From Eledone cirrhosa (Eukaryota), in assembly GCA_964016885.1 (NCBI GenBank), contig OZ024743.1:164548001-164612000 (forward strand): DNA of 64,000 nt. The letters are read 5' to 3'. The notes below the pieces were generated by a model. The model saw nothing but the letters and a program-made list of their open reading frames with translations, was not told the DNA's origin and did not search any database. Shown piece by piece: positions 35,296-49,664 of the stretch. Made by a program: the position numbers and the translations under genes. The first letter of the stretch is position 1. Every line of letters starts with the position of its first letter.

Positions 35296-35789
35296 TTATA
35301 TATATACATACAAACAAACAAACAAACAAACAAACAAACAAACAAACAAACACACACACACACACATATATATATATATGTATATATATATTTATATATA
35401 TGTATATATATATTTACATATATACATATATATAAACATATATATATACACACATATATATACATATACACATATATATACACATATATATACATATATA
35501 CATATACATACACATATATATACATATATACATATATATATACACATATATATATATATATACATATATTAATTCTGGCAATAGTACACAAATATGACCT
35601 CCCCAAGTAAACCATATAAATATACATATACATATACACACATATATATATATACATATATAAACATATACATATACATATATAAACATATACATATATA
35701 TATATATACATATATATACATATACATATACATATACATATATATACATATACATATATATATACATATATACATATACATATATACAT

Positions 35790-35834
<45 letters not shown>

Positions 35835-36005
35835 CATATACATATATACAATATATATATATACATATATATATATACATATACTATATACATATACACA
35901 TATACATATACACATATACATATATACATATACATATATACATATACATATACACATATATATATATACATATATATATATACATATATATACATATACA
36001 TATAT

Positions 36006-36076
<71 letters not shown>

Positions 36077-36147
36077 CATATATATATACATATACATATA
36101 TATACATATACATATATATACATATATATATATATACATATATATAC

Positions 36148-36178
<31 letters not shown>

Positions 36179-36220
36179 CATATATACATATACATATATA
36201 CATATACATATATACATATA

Positions 36221-36253
<33 letters not shown>

Positions 36254-36301
36254 ATATACATATATACATATACATATATATATACATACATATATATATA
36301 C

Positions 36302-36334
<33 letters not shown>

Positions 36335-36345
36335 CATATATATAC

Positions 36346-36376
<31 letters not shown>

Positions 36377-36391
36377 CATATATATATTTTC

Positions 36392-36470
<79 letters not shown>

Positions 36471-36528
36471 CATATAGTATATATATACATATATATATAC
36501 ATATATATATATATACATATATATATAC

Positions 36529-36559
<31 letters not shown>

Positions 36560-36596
36560 CATATATATATACATATACATATATATATACATATAC

Positions 36597-36675
<79 letters not shown>

Positions 36676-36792
36676 CATATATATATACATATATATATAT
36701 ATACATATATATATACATATATATATATACACATATATATATATACACACATATATATATACATATATATATATACACATATATATATACAC

Positions 36793-36823
<31 letters not shown>

Positions 36824-36891
36824 CATATATAATATATATACATATATACATATATATATATACATATATATATATACATATATATATACAC

Positions 36892-36938
<47 letters not shown>

Positions 36939-36968
36939 CATATATATATACACATATATATATTATAC

Positions 36969-37001
<33 letters not shown>

Positions 37002-37097
37002 CATATATATATATACATATATATATATATACAATATATATATATATACATATACATATATATACATATACATATATATACATATACATATATATAC

Positions 37098-37128
<31 letters not shown>

Positions 37129-37321
37129 CATATACATATATATACATATACATATATATACATATATATATATATACATATATATATACATATACATATA
37201 TATACATATACATATATAATACATATATATATATATACATAATATATATATATACATATACATATATATACATATACATATATATACATATATATATACA
37301 TATATATATATACATATATAC

Positions 37322-37352
<31 letters not shown>

Positions 37353-37367
37353 CATATATATATATAC

Positions 37368-37398
<31 letters not shown>

Positions 37399-37445
37399 CA
37401 TATATATATATACACATATATATATATACATATATATATACATAC

Positions 37446-37492
<47 letters not shown>

Positions 37493-37536
37493 CATATATA
37501 TACATATACATATATATACATATATATAATATATAC

Positions 37537-37567
<31 letters not shown>

Positions 37568-37581
37568 CATATTATATATAC

Positions 37582-37628
<47 letters not shown>

Positions 37629-38324
37629 CATACATATATATATATACATATATATATATACATATATATATACATATATATATACATATATATATACATA
37701 TATATATACATATATATATATACATATATATATATACATATATACATATATACATATACTATAATATATACATATATATATATATACATATATATACATA
37801 TATATATACATACATATATATATATATATACATATATATATACATACATATATATATATATATACATATAATATATACATATATATATATACATATATAT
37901 ATATACATACACATATATACATACATATATACATACATATACATATATATATATAACATACACATATATACATACATATATACATATACATATATATACA
38001 TATATATATACATATATATATACATATATATATACATATATATATACATATATATATACATATATATATACATATATATATACCATATATATATACATAT
38101 ATATATACATATATATATACATATATATATACATATATATATACATATATATATACATATATATATACATATACATACATATATACATACATATATACAT
38201 ATATATATACATATATATATACATACATATATACATACATATATACATATATATATACATATATATATACATATATATATACATATATATATACATACAT
38301 ATATATATACATATATATATATAC

Positions 38325-38355
<31 letters not shown>

Positions 38356-38372
38356 CATATATATATATGTAC

Positions 38373-38405
<33 letters not shown>

Positions 38406-38713
38406 CATATATATAATACATATATACATATATACATATATACATATATATATATACATATATATATATACATATATACAATATATACATATATACATAT
38501 ATATATATACATACATATATATACATATATATATATACAATATATATATACATACATATATATAACATATATATATATACATATATATATATACATACAT
38601 ATATATACATATATATATATACATATATATATATACATACATATATATACATATATATATATACATATATATATATACATACATATATATACATATACAT
38701 AACTTATATATAC

Positions 38714-38760
<47 letters not shown>

Positions 38761-39102
38761 CATATATATATACATATATATATATACATATATATATACA
38801 TATATATATACATATATATATACATATATATATACATATATATATACATATATATATACATATATATATACATATATATATACATATATATATACATATA
38901 TATATACATATATATATACATATATATATACATATATATATACATATATATATACATATATATATACATATATATATACATATATATATACATATATATA
39001 TACATATATATATACATATATATATACATATATATATACATATATATATACATATATACATATATACATATATATATATAAATACATATACATATATAAT
39101 AC

Positions 39103-39180
<78 letters not shown>
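35296..39180. repeat. 3.9-kb degenerate TA/TACA microsatellite (short unique island ~35568-35615)
   Basis: Direct inspection. Confidence 0.97.
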
Positions 39181-39350
39181 CCCGGATGAGCCCACAGCAA
39201 GACACGAGGGAAACCTAAGGGCAGCAGCAACAAACTCCCTCCTACACCAGTGGCCAACCTATGCAGGCTGGAAGATAAAAAATGTGTAGCAACGGTGCCC
39301 CAGCATGGCCTCAGCCGGATGGCTGAAACAGGTAAAAGAGTAAAAGAGTA
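39181..39350 (+). mobile_element. SINE/LINE 3' end with (GTAAAAGA)n tail
   Basis: Terminal hairpin TCAGCC-ggat-GGCTGA then GTAAAAGAGTAAAAGAGTA; inverted copy at 39836-40031. Confidence 0.65.
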
Positions 39351-39448
39351 TGTATATATATATATGTATATGTATATGTATATGTATGTATATGTATATG
39401 TATATATATATGTATATATATATGTATATATATATGTATATATATATG

Positions 39449-39488
<40 letters not shown>

Positions 39489-39694
39489 TATATATATGTA
39501 TATATATGTATGTATATATATATATATGTATATATATGTATGTATATATACATATATATATATATACATATATACATATATATATATACATATATACATA
39601 TATATATATACATACATATATATACATATATATATATATACATACATATATATACATATATATATATATACATACATATATATACATATATATA

Positions 39695-39730
<36 letters not shown>

Positions 39731-39835
39731 CATACATATATACATATATATATACATATATATATACATATATATATACATATATATATACATATACATA
39801 TACATACATATACATATACATATATATATATATAC

Positions 39836-40031
39836 ATACTCTTTTACTCTTTTACCTGTTTCAGCCATCCGGCTGAGGCCATGCTGGGGCACCGCCCTTG
39901 TTGCTACACATTTTATCTCCAGCCTGCATAGGTTGGCCACTGGTGTAGGAGGGAGTTTGTTGCTGCTGCCCTTAGGTTTCCCTCGTGTCTTGCTGTGGGC
40001 TCATCCGGGATCCTGGATAACAAGGTGTCGA
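39836..40031 (-). mobile_element. Second copy of the (GTAAAAGA)-tailed element, running into the gap
   Basis: Reverse complement of 39181-39350 with small indels. Confidence 0.65.
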
Positions 40032-40231
40032 NNNNNNNNNNNNNNNNNNNNNNNNNNNNNNNNNNNNNNNNNNNNNNNNNNNNNNNNNNNNNNNNNNNNN
40101 NNNNNNNNNNNNNNNNNNNNNNNNNNNNNNNNNNNNNNNNNNNNNNNNNNNNNNNNNNNNNNNNNNNNNNNNNNNNNNNNNNNNNNNNNNNNNNNNNNNN
40201 NNNNNNNNNNNNNNNNNNNNNNNNNNNNNNN
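40032..40231. other. Assembly gap (200 N)
   Basis: Run of N. Confidence 1.
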
Positions 40232-40544
40232 GGTTGTCTGACCCTCTACCGATAATAAATATATCAATCAGGAGTGTATCATTTATATATATATATAAGT
40301 TAAAAACAATAACGAAGAGTGCAGTACAAACTGTTAGTATTAGGTTCACGCTTGAGAGGGGGGGGGGGGACACTGAAAGAGAAAAAGTTTTAGGAGGTTG
40401 GTCACGGCGAGACACACACACACACATATATATATTTAAATTCCTACATAATCGTAATTTACACATTTGAAAATGTATCTCTGAAATATTTCATAAAAAA
40501 ATATGTATGAAAAAGTTAAGAGGCTTCTTCTCATTATGTCGCTG

Positions 40545-41035
40545 AGAGTGACATGTCGAAGGAACCGCCCTGCGCTCTGGCACATGGTAATGGATGCCGG
40601 CTGAACTCATCAACAACATCTCGTTAACGGCATATATGTGGATCACACGCAGAAGTCAAGGCGCTGGGCTACTCCGACGCGAGTGCAATCATCATCAAGA
40701 AGGGTACCGATTGATGAGGAGGGTACGAATTGATCGACGTGCCGCTATTTGGCTGCGAGGCTGGTAAGGTGGTGTTCGTCCGCCAAGCCCGATCCGCCTG
40801 AAGGTTGACCTGCACTTGATTTTGTCCCAGTTACGTTGGACATTTGTATACTGAGGGACAGAGTGACTTTCGCTTGTCCAGTCGATCAGAGACTGCTCCA
40901 GTTCTTGGATCATGCCAGGTTCAGCCGTCTTACTGAGGACCTCACTGATGAGGATACAACTGGAGGAGATCGAGGAGAATTAGGTCGACTGATCCTACAT
41001 CTGTCAGTCGTGATACCACTTCCAACCCGACTGTG
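40545..41035 (-). mobile_element. Second degenerate CRE-like fragment
   Basis: QRNWD, PSSSIGTLLDDDCTRVGVAQRL, RHPLPC, SAGRFLRH across frames. Confidence 0.6.
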
Positions 41036-41039
41036 CATG

Positions 41040-42490
41040 TTAACCCTGTTCATGAAAATAATTGTTTCTACTTTTGGCACAAGACCAGCAAATATTCCAA
41101 TGCGTTACTGTGCTTTATTGTATCGACCCCGTAAGAATGAAAGGCAAAGTTAACCTCGGCGGGATTCGAACTTAGAACGTGAAATGCCATAACTCAATGC
41201 TGCAAAGCTTGGTGCCTGACGCTCTACCGATACTGTCAATCCACCGCCCTTTGCCACATAAAAATAATGAACAGGAGAAGTGACAGCATGCACAATTAGC
41301 GGAGTCCGACACCCACATTAAATGATTTCGATTCAGCATCATTTATTCGAACACAAATACTCGGGAATTCATATAGAGACATCAGGGCAACAAGAAGCTG
41401 ACCATCAACCCCATACTCATGCAAAACCATCCACAGCAGGTCCCGCGAAACGTGATTGTATGACTTTTCGAAGTCTACAAAACAAGGATAAACATTTTGT
41501 CAGTACTCCCACGATTTTTCAAAAGCCTGTCGCGGTGTGAATATTTGGTCGGTTGTGCTGTGTCCGGGGAAAAAACCACACTGTTCGTCAGTTAGCCCGG
41601 ATTCGACAATCTCCCTACATCTCTTTGCCAGACACTTACCGGGGAGGCTTAACAAGGAGATCTCTCTATATTTGAATCAATCTCTCTTCTGTCCCTTTTC
41701 GAAAATTGGGATTATCCCGATTGCCATTCTTTCTAGAGATCCAGGCCACCGTTTCTATTTAAAGCTTTGAACATCTCAGGGCGAATTTCATCCTCCCCAG
41801 TGGCCTTGTCACATTTGAGCTCTTTAACTGTTCTTGTGACTTCAGCCTCCGAAAGATTAGTCAGCACCCTCAGATAAACCTGGTGTACATCAGAATATGT
41901 TGTTCTGATTGGGTTTATGAGATCAGCTAATTATTCTCTCCACCTCGCGAAGATGCACCTCTCCGAAGAGAAGAGAACCCCAGACACGTTCCTGATAACA
42001 GGTGTGTGAAGGGGGACTTTTTATTAAGAAGCTGGCTGCTGGTCTGCCAGAACACTTTATTTGCTGATCTGTCTTCACTTTGAACGCCTTCACTGTCTCT
42101 GCTGCAACTTGTCGTGCCTGCTTGAACCGCAATTGCAAGAAGGAAGACTTATTTCCAAGACAAGTTGTGTAGGCCTCCTTCTTTGCTCGAATGACATCTT
42201 TGACCCGTTGATTGAACCAGTTGTACTCTGCATATGGGTGGAGTACCGCCGAAGCAAGTGGAGAAGTTCAAGTATCTCGGGGCCTTGTCCGCAAGTGGTG
42301 GAAGGCAGGACGCTGAATTAAGTGCAAGAATTGTAGGAGCTGGTGCAAAATGGTTGGATAACATCTATGAGTTCTGCTGGTCTCGCTTGCAGATCTAGCC
42401 AGGTCAACTGATGACAGTTTCTTCTGATAGGACCCATTAATGTGTTTTTGAAAAGTCTGCCGTCTTGACCCTCCCAAGAAGAAGAAGATT
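41040..42490. mobile_element. Rex3/Expander-like RTE with inverted 5' part
   Basis: 41040-42225 (-) is homologous to ~27170-28210. 42235-42490 (+) encodes KQVEKFKYLG..ELSARI and WLDNIYEFCWSRL. Confidence 0.7.
41063..41250 (-). mobile_element. tRNA-derived SINE nested in RTE
   Basis: Same family as 43103-43276; flanked by CAT(G/A)AAAATAAT duplication. Confidence 0.75.
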
Positions 42491-42931
42491 GTTGCATTCT
42501 TTTGTCATCGTGTTTCCCACACCATCATTTTCTTTTGTTTCGTTTTGTTTTCGTCTTAATATTCCAAGGACAGTGTTGAACTATTTTGTCGGATACTGTG
42601 ACCCCGGATGGACCAGCAGTACTGTCAGTAGGGATCGAAACTGCGTACATCTATTTCGGCGGTTGATAACCACCGAGTGTGTTCTCATTCTGTGGGCAGT
42701 TAGAAGATATGTTGATTTTCTCTGAAAGTGTCTTCTTATATATATATCCTTTATGATTTTAGAGTGGTGAGGATAGAAGCGGGATTCAACAGGTGAGGAT
42801 TCAATTGATTTACTAGAAAATGCTTTTGGTTTAAACAGAAAGTTCCTTTTCTATTTAGAATAAAGGCCAAGGATATGAAAACAAACGTTTTTAATATTCG
42901 ATGAGATTGACATACCAATCGAAACCGGTAA

Positions 42932-44525
42932 TCTATACTATAAAGCTGACGGCCGTAAGTAGGTAAGAAACTTTCCGCCAAACGGCTGGACCAAACAGCA
43001 CCAAATTTGCACCATAGATGTAACTTTTTCCAAGTAAAAAAGTGAGGGTATTTTTGTCTACTGAATTTTGTTAAAAGATTAAAGACATTATTTAAATATT
43101 CAAGAGCGGTGGATTGGCAGTATTGGTAGAGGGTCGGGCGCCATGCTTTAAAGCCTTTATGATCTGAGTTCAAATCCCGCCGAGGTTAACTTTGCCTTTC
43201 ATCCTTACGGGGTCAATAAAATAAAGTACCAGTAATGCACTGGATAATTGCTGGCCTGGTGCCAAAAGTAGAAACAATTATTTAAATATTCACTTCTTGA
43301 AAATTTCAAATGTCAACACTTACGGTTATACGTCATTCCTCACTTTTTCTTATGACATCGCACAACATTCCCCTCTTTTTCTTCGTCTGTCTTTTTAGAT
43401 AGATACATAGCTATAACGTAGCACCCTTATAATATGTCTCTGTATGTCTGACTGTCTGCGTTAGATAACATTTTTCGAAATATTTCTGCGTTCTCAGACA
43501 AATTTTTTTAGTTTCAGAAGATCCCGTTAAGGGTGAAAGCAGCGATTCTTTGCTTAAACTTTAATCGGTTATTTTAATATATATATTCGTGTACAGATAT
43601 TTTTGCATACACAAAAACAAAAACCTATTTATTTCACGAAAGCACAGACGGCTTATCGTCATTGTTACTGTTCGAAGTTAGAGGACCACAGTCTTTCCAA
43701 GATCTGAGAACCATCAATGGCCATCAATGTTCCACTCACCGTTTGGCTTGCCAGATGCGTGGTATGTTATAAGATGACACCCATTGGCACCTCACCCTGC
43801 AGGAAGCAGCAACTGCTAAAGTACCTTAAACCTTTTGCTATTATGCTGCACAACTGCGATTTCGTCGACCCTCTCGCACTGTGGAACAACCACCACAAAA
43901 GTCTAGCTGAGGATATCCTCCACCACACACGCAGACACAATCCAAACGTAACATATGATGTCGTTTTCAATGAGGCGCTCATTTGTCTTGAAAACAGTGT
44001 CCTGGAGATTGGTGGTATGCATCTAAGTCACTACAGCTTACCTGCTCCTGATAGGAGTGTCCAGAGGTCAACGTCTACAGAGCTTCTCCACAAGATGAGC
44101 TACGAAATCAGTGATTCTCCCATGGTCAATTGTATGTAGGATGCTCTAGGGTGAGCTCGCCAAACAATCTCTTCATCTTTGCTCCAGAGGGCCGAACAAA
44201 AAATATTGTATACTCTGAGGCTCTAACAATGTAATTTAAATATTTTCTGTTACTTGGAATTTTCATGATGGCTGTACAAATTATTGTTTCTAAAGAATGT
44301 GTTCTCTGTTCAGCCTTTATTGTTGTAACTATCAATTTTCTTTAACGTACTGGCTGCTGAACTGGAGAATCCTAAAAACTATTCAAACCCAACATCAGAG
44401 CACGTTAACCCCACCTCGCTGACTTGAGAGGGCGTGTGGTATCTTTGCACTGGAGTGTAGGGGGGATTCCTGAAAAGATAAAATGCCGGTATACCTGCCG
44501 GGCGCCAGCCAAACGGGCCAGCTAG
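42932..44525 (+). mobile_element. Internally deleted Helitron retaining RepHel fragments
   Basis: A|TCTATACTATAAAG start and GC-rich subterminus + CTAG|T end. VRGPQSFQDLRTING..DDTHW..LQEAA (~43665-43810) and QLYVGCSRV..TKNIVYSEAL (~44127-44233). Confidence 0.8.
43103..43276 (+). mobile_element. tRNA-derived SINE with 16-bp TSD
   Basis: B box GAGTTCAAATCC, central GCCTTTCATCCTTACGGGGTC domain, TSD ATTATTTAAATATTCA at 43087-43102 and 43277-43292. Confidence 0.85.
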
Positions 44526-45559
44526 TATTTGATAAAACTTACATTCATTTTCCGCGTTTACTTTTTACCTATAATCTTCTATTTATATGGGAATTTACCC
44601 CATTTTCAACTATATATATGTGTGTGTGTGTGTAAATCTGTGTCGATTAAATGGGGTTTTTGTGCTATCAGGTTATGGTAAAGCTACTATTGGTTTCACC
44701 ATGCGAAGAAATATTAAATGGCACTATGCTTCGTCATTTGCATTCCCCATTCCTTTGATGAGCTATGAAGCGAAACACTGTTCCAGTGTTAGCGAGGGAA
44801 GGAAGTGTTAGATAATTTGTTTTCAATATAGATAGTGTTGTTTCATTCCAAATCTATTTAAATATATAACTGCGAACATGCATTCATACATAAAATAGAA
44901 ACGATGTTTGGAGACGGTACAGCCAGAATTCTTCAATTTAAGCTGATCACCCTCAAACAAGAAGTGAGAGCTGTCAGCAAGAAATAAAGGTCTATTCTTT
45001 GGGGGCATTTTTTGTCTGCAGCTTCAAATGCCACTATTATTTATCTAAACAAATTTAATTTTTCTGTTAATGAGGGATCTAAGTCGAACCTAATTTCATT
45101 GAATGAGGACTCACTACATTAACTTTCAGTGATTTTTCGGAAACAATAACCAAAAGCTAACAGAAATAAATATGCAAAAAAAAAATACAGGTCTCACATG
45201 GGTTATTTTTGGTAGTTTTTCCCATAAATCAAATAAAGAAGCCAAAACTTAATGCGAGGATGACACACACATGGAGCTATATAAGAAAATGTGGCTTATT
45301 TATACACACACACTCACAGGAAAGATATGAAGAAGATAGTGGTAAAAAACTCTTAGGAGAGCTGAACAGTAGATCTTCAGAAAAGAAAGCCCCCTCATGC
45401 AAGTGTTTCGGCCCTTAAATTCTTACACTCTATGGGTGCCGAGCCGCATCCAGGTGAATTAATCCACATGGAGATTTTGTTGACAGGAACTAGCTGGAAC
45501 TCTGCTTTCTTGCCTTTGTTCTCAAACTTGCATCTTCTCAAGATACGTGGATGACATCC

Positions 45560-46450
45560 TCAAAGGAGGGTCTCGACATCCATTTGGCCCACTTGGTGCC
45601 CTCCCTATGGAGATGCCGCTCCAGGAAACCTTGCAATGCGGATAATACGTGCTCTTTCAACAACGGTCCGATACGCCAGACAAACTGTTGCTTGCACGCC
45701 CACGTCGTCTATAAGGTAGAAGGTGACAAGTATAAGGATTTCTACATCGGCAGTACCATCTGACCACTTCACTTTCGGATCAAAGAACATGTCAACACTA
45801 GAGCCTCGTCTTTCCGAAAACACATCACCAAAAGCGCAAACAAGGACGGAAGACTCACTGTTGCAATGTTAGCGACGAAGCGCAATATTGGAACTCTCAG
45901 GATCAAGGAAGCACTCTGGATAAAACACCTAGAGCCGCGAATCAATAATCGATCCGAGAGGAGTGAAACAAGATGGCTGGTTTAAATAGAATGACAAGAC
46001 ACACGCACACAATAGCAGTCGAGCAAATTTTATTGCATGTATTATATATATCGCCCGTCGACCGACATACCGGCAGACAGCAAACGGACAGATACTACTA
46101 CTACTACATATGTCACCAATTTATCAACCACTGCCAGAACGCAAAGAATTGGCAACACTGGTGTGTACACACAACCCCCCTCACTCATGTGTGAACGACG
46201 ACTAATAACTCTAATGAACTTTAAGCGACCACACCAATGTCACATGAACATGTACTCAGTAGGGAGTAGTCTCCGACGCACGATATCTTTCAGTTGTACG
46301 CATACGGCAGATAAAGAAGGCTACACATTATTCATTTCCCTGACATACCTATTTCCCTTTGGAAAATCCCCATGTCGATGGATGTAAAATCCGAAACATA
46401 GGGACCAATAAATCTCTTCCAAGGTAACACTGTTTCTGGTTTTCTTCACG
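45560..46450 (+). mobile_element. Degenerate Penelope-like element 3' part (GIY-YIG + pLTR)
   Basis: CLHAHVVYKVEGDKYKDFYIGST*..RIKEH, IKEALWIKHLEPRIN; decayed hammerhead core and AATAAA at ~46369-46413. Confidence 0.65.
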
Positions 46451-47387
46451 CGTTTTTTACGTTCTTTACGTTTCCTCCTACATTTCTTTCTCCTCCTACT
46501 GCTACTTGATTTTGTTACCCGGAGATCTGCATTGTAGAGGCTTCCAAAACGATAATATGTGTGTGTGTGTGTGCGTGCGCGCATGTATGTATGTACACAC
46601 ACACATATATATATAATTAGAATTTAGCTTCGACATAGTTGTATACAAATATGAATGTGAATTTCGTGTATCTAAAGATATAAGGTATGTTCATAAATAA
46701 ACATTTTGAAAACCACACCTATGAATAGAAGTCGAGCGCTGTTCAGCAGTGGGATAACTGTCTATGCATTTCGAACTTAATGGTTATCACCAAGACAATG
46801 CTTCCCTCTTGCTCCTGCTGGACTTTGAAGCAGGCGAAAATATATAGTTTTTTTCGTCTGTGTAAATGGGCTGATTAGCCTCATTTGCATACGAAGCTGT
46901 ATAAGTTGGCTCAATTTCAAATAGAATTAGAATTTAACTTCGAAATAGTCGTGTACAAATATGTATGTGAATTTCGTATATCTAAAGATATACGGTATGT
47001 TTAAAAACAAACATATTTTAACAACCTTTTATCTATTTTAAAATTTTATTTTATTTGCACTTTTCCTTTTGTGCTTTTCCTTTCTCATCTATACGAGTAC
47101 GAAAATGGTCAAAAATTCCAAACACTTAGTCTGTGGTCGGTGGAGGAGAGCAGAATCGTTAATTGACACGTAGACAACGCCTCGTTCCACAAATTTTGAA
47201 CACAATAGCTGGAAGGACCCTTTTAGGAACTCAAATGCCTAGCGGGCACACAAGAAGGACATGTTTTTTTTTTGCCTGCGGCACATATCACATTTTCAGA
47301 TTTTTTCGTCTGAGGATACCGTTCCCATTCCAACAACAGATGCACACGTTACATTGTGGATTGCATAAGGGAAACAGTGACATAATT

Positions 47388-47500
47388 ATAATTGTTTCTA
47401 CTTTTGGTACAAGGCCAGCAATTATACCAGTACATTACTGGTACTTTTTTATCGACCCCCGTAAGGATGAAGGGCAAAGTTGACCTCGGCGAGATTTGAG
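47388..47500 (-). mobile_element. SINE 3' part (family of 43103-43276)
   Basis: Reverse complement of ~43165-43280. Confidence 0.75.
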
Positions 47501-47661
47501 GTCTGACCCTCTACCGATAATTTATGTAATATCAGCATCTTCCTTAATGTTATTCTGTTATTATTATACTGAATCTCCACCGTAACTACACACTACGAAT
47601 GTAGAGAGCTTTCTTCTGCTTACTCCTGTTTTTTACCAACTTTTACTGAACACACACACAC

Positions 47662-48153
<492 letters not shown>

Positions 48154-48484
48154 ATCATCATCATCATCATTTTACGTCCGCTTTTCCCTGCTTGCAAGGG
48201 TGGGACGGGAACTGATTCTGGCTTGATTTCTACAGCTGGATGCCCTTCCTAACACCAACCTCATTTACAGTGAGTGCTGGGTGCTTTTTTGCCGTGGCAC
48301 CTACACGACCACTTTGCAGTGGAATGATAGGGACCCCAGTCCCTATCATCTCATTTCTACAGCTGAGTAAACTGGAGCAATGTGAAATAAAGTGTCTTGC
48401 TCAAGGAAACAACACATCACCCGGTCTGAGAATTGACCTCACAACCTTTCGATTGCAAGGCCAATGCTCTAACCACTAAGCCAT
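48154..48484 (-). mobile_element. tRNA/CORE-like SINE with RTE-A-derived 3' tail
   Basis: TGGCTTAGTGG A box, GGTCAATTC B-box-like, TTGAGCAAGACACTTTATTTCAC core; 3' ~160 bp match the RTE-A 3'UTR and (GAT)n tail. Confidence 0.85.
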
Positions 48485-48925
48485 GTATATATATATATAT
48501 ATGTATGTATGTATATATATATTGTATGTATGTATATATATATATATGTATATATATATGTATATATATATGTATATATATATATGTATATATATATATG
48601 TATATATATATATGTATATATATGTATATATATATATATGTATGTATATATATATATATGTATATATATATATGTATATATATGTATATATATATGTATG
48701 TATATATATGTATATATATATGTATGTATATATATATGTATGTATATATATATATGTATGTATATATATATATATGTATGTATATATATATATGTATGTA
48801 TATATATATATGTATGTATATATATATATATGTATATATATATATGTATGTATGTATATATATATATATGTATGTATATATATATATGTATGTATATATA
48901 TATATGTATGTATATATATATATGT

Positions 48926-48966
<41 letters not shown>

Positions 48967-48969
48967 TGT

Positions 48970-49024
<55 letters not shown>

Positions 49025-49045
49025 TATATATATGTATGTATATAT

Positions 49046-49085
<40 letters not shown>

Positions 49086-49097
49086 GTATGTGTATAT

Positions 49098-49152
<55 letters not shown>

Positions 49153-49177
49153 TATATGTATATATATGTATGTATAT

Positions 49178-49266
<89 letters not shown>

Positions 49267-49275
49267 TGTATGTAT

Positions 49276-49350
<75 letters not shown>

Positions 49351-49354
49351 TATG

Positions 49355-49386
<32 letters not shown>

Positions 49387-49390
49387 TATG

Positions 49391-49422
<32 letters not shown>

Positions 49423-49484
49423 TATGTATGTATGTATATATACGTATGTATATATATATACGTATGTATATATATATACGTATG

Positions 49485-49529
<45 letters not shown>

Positions 49530-49554
49530 ATATATATGTATGTATATATATATG

Positions 49555-49606
<52 letters not shown>

Positions 49607-49608
49607 TG

Positions 49609-49639
<31 letters not shown>

Positions 49640-49664
49640 GTATATATGTATATATATATATGTA
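48485..49664. repeat. TA/TATG microsatellite
   Basis: Direct inspection. Confidence 0.97.

Noticed and set aside
39181-39225. Hammerhead-like CGGATGAG...GAAAC
   Set aside because: Core CUGA is not present in either copy and there is no valid UH triplet
45385-45455. Minus-strand hammerhead-like GGCTC...GGGCCGAAAC
   Set aside because: CUGANGA box and stem I cannot be built convincingly
48415-48484. tRNA gene
   Set aside because: A/B boxes present but no complete cloverleaf; contiguous with SINE body
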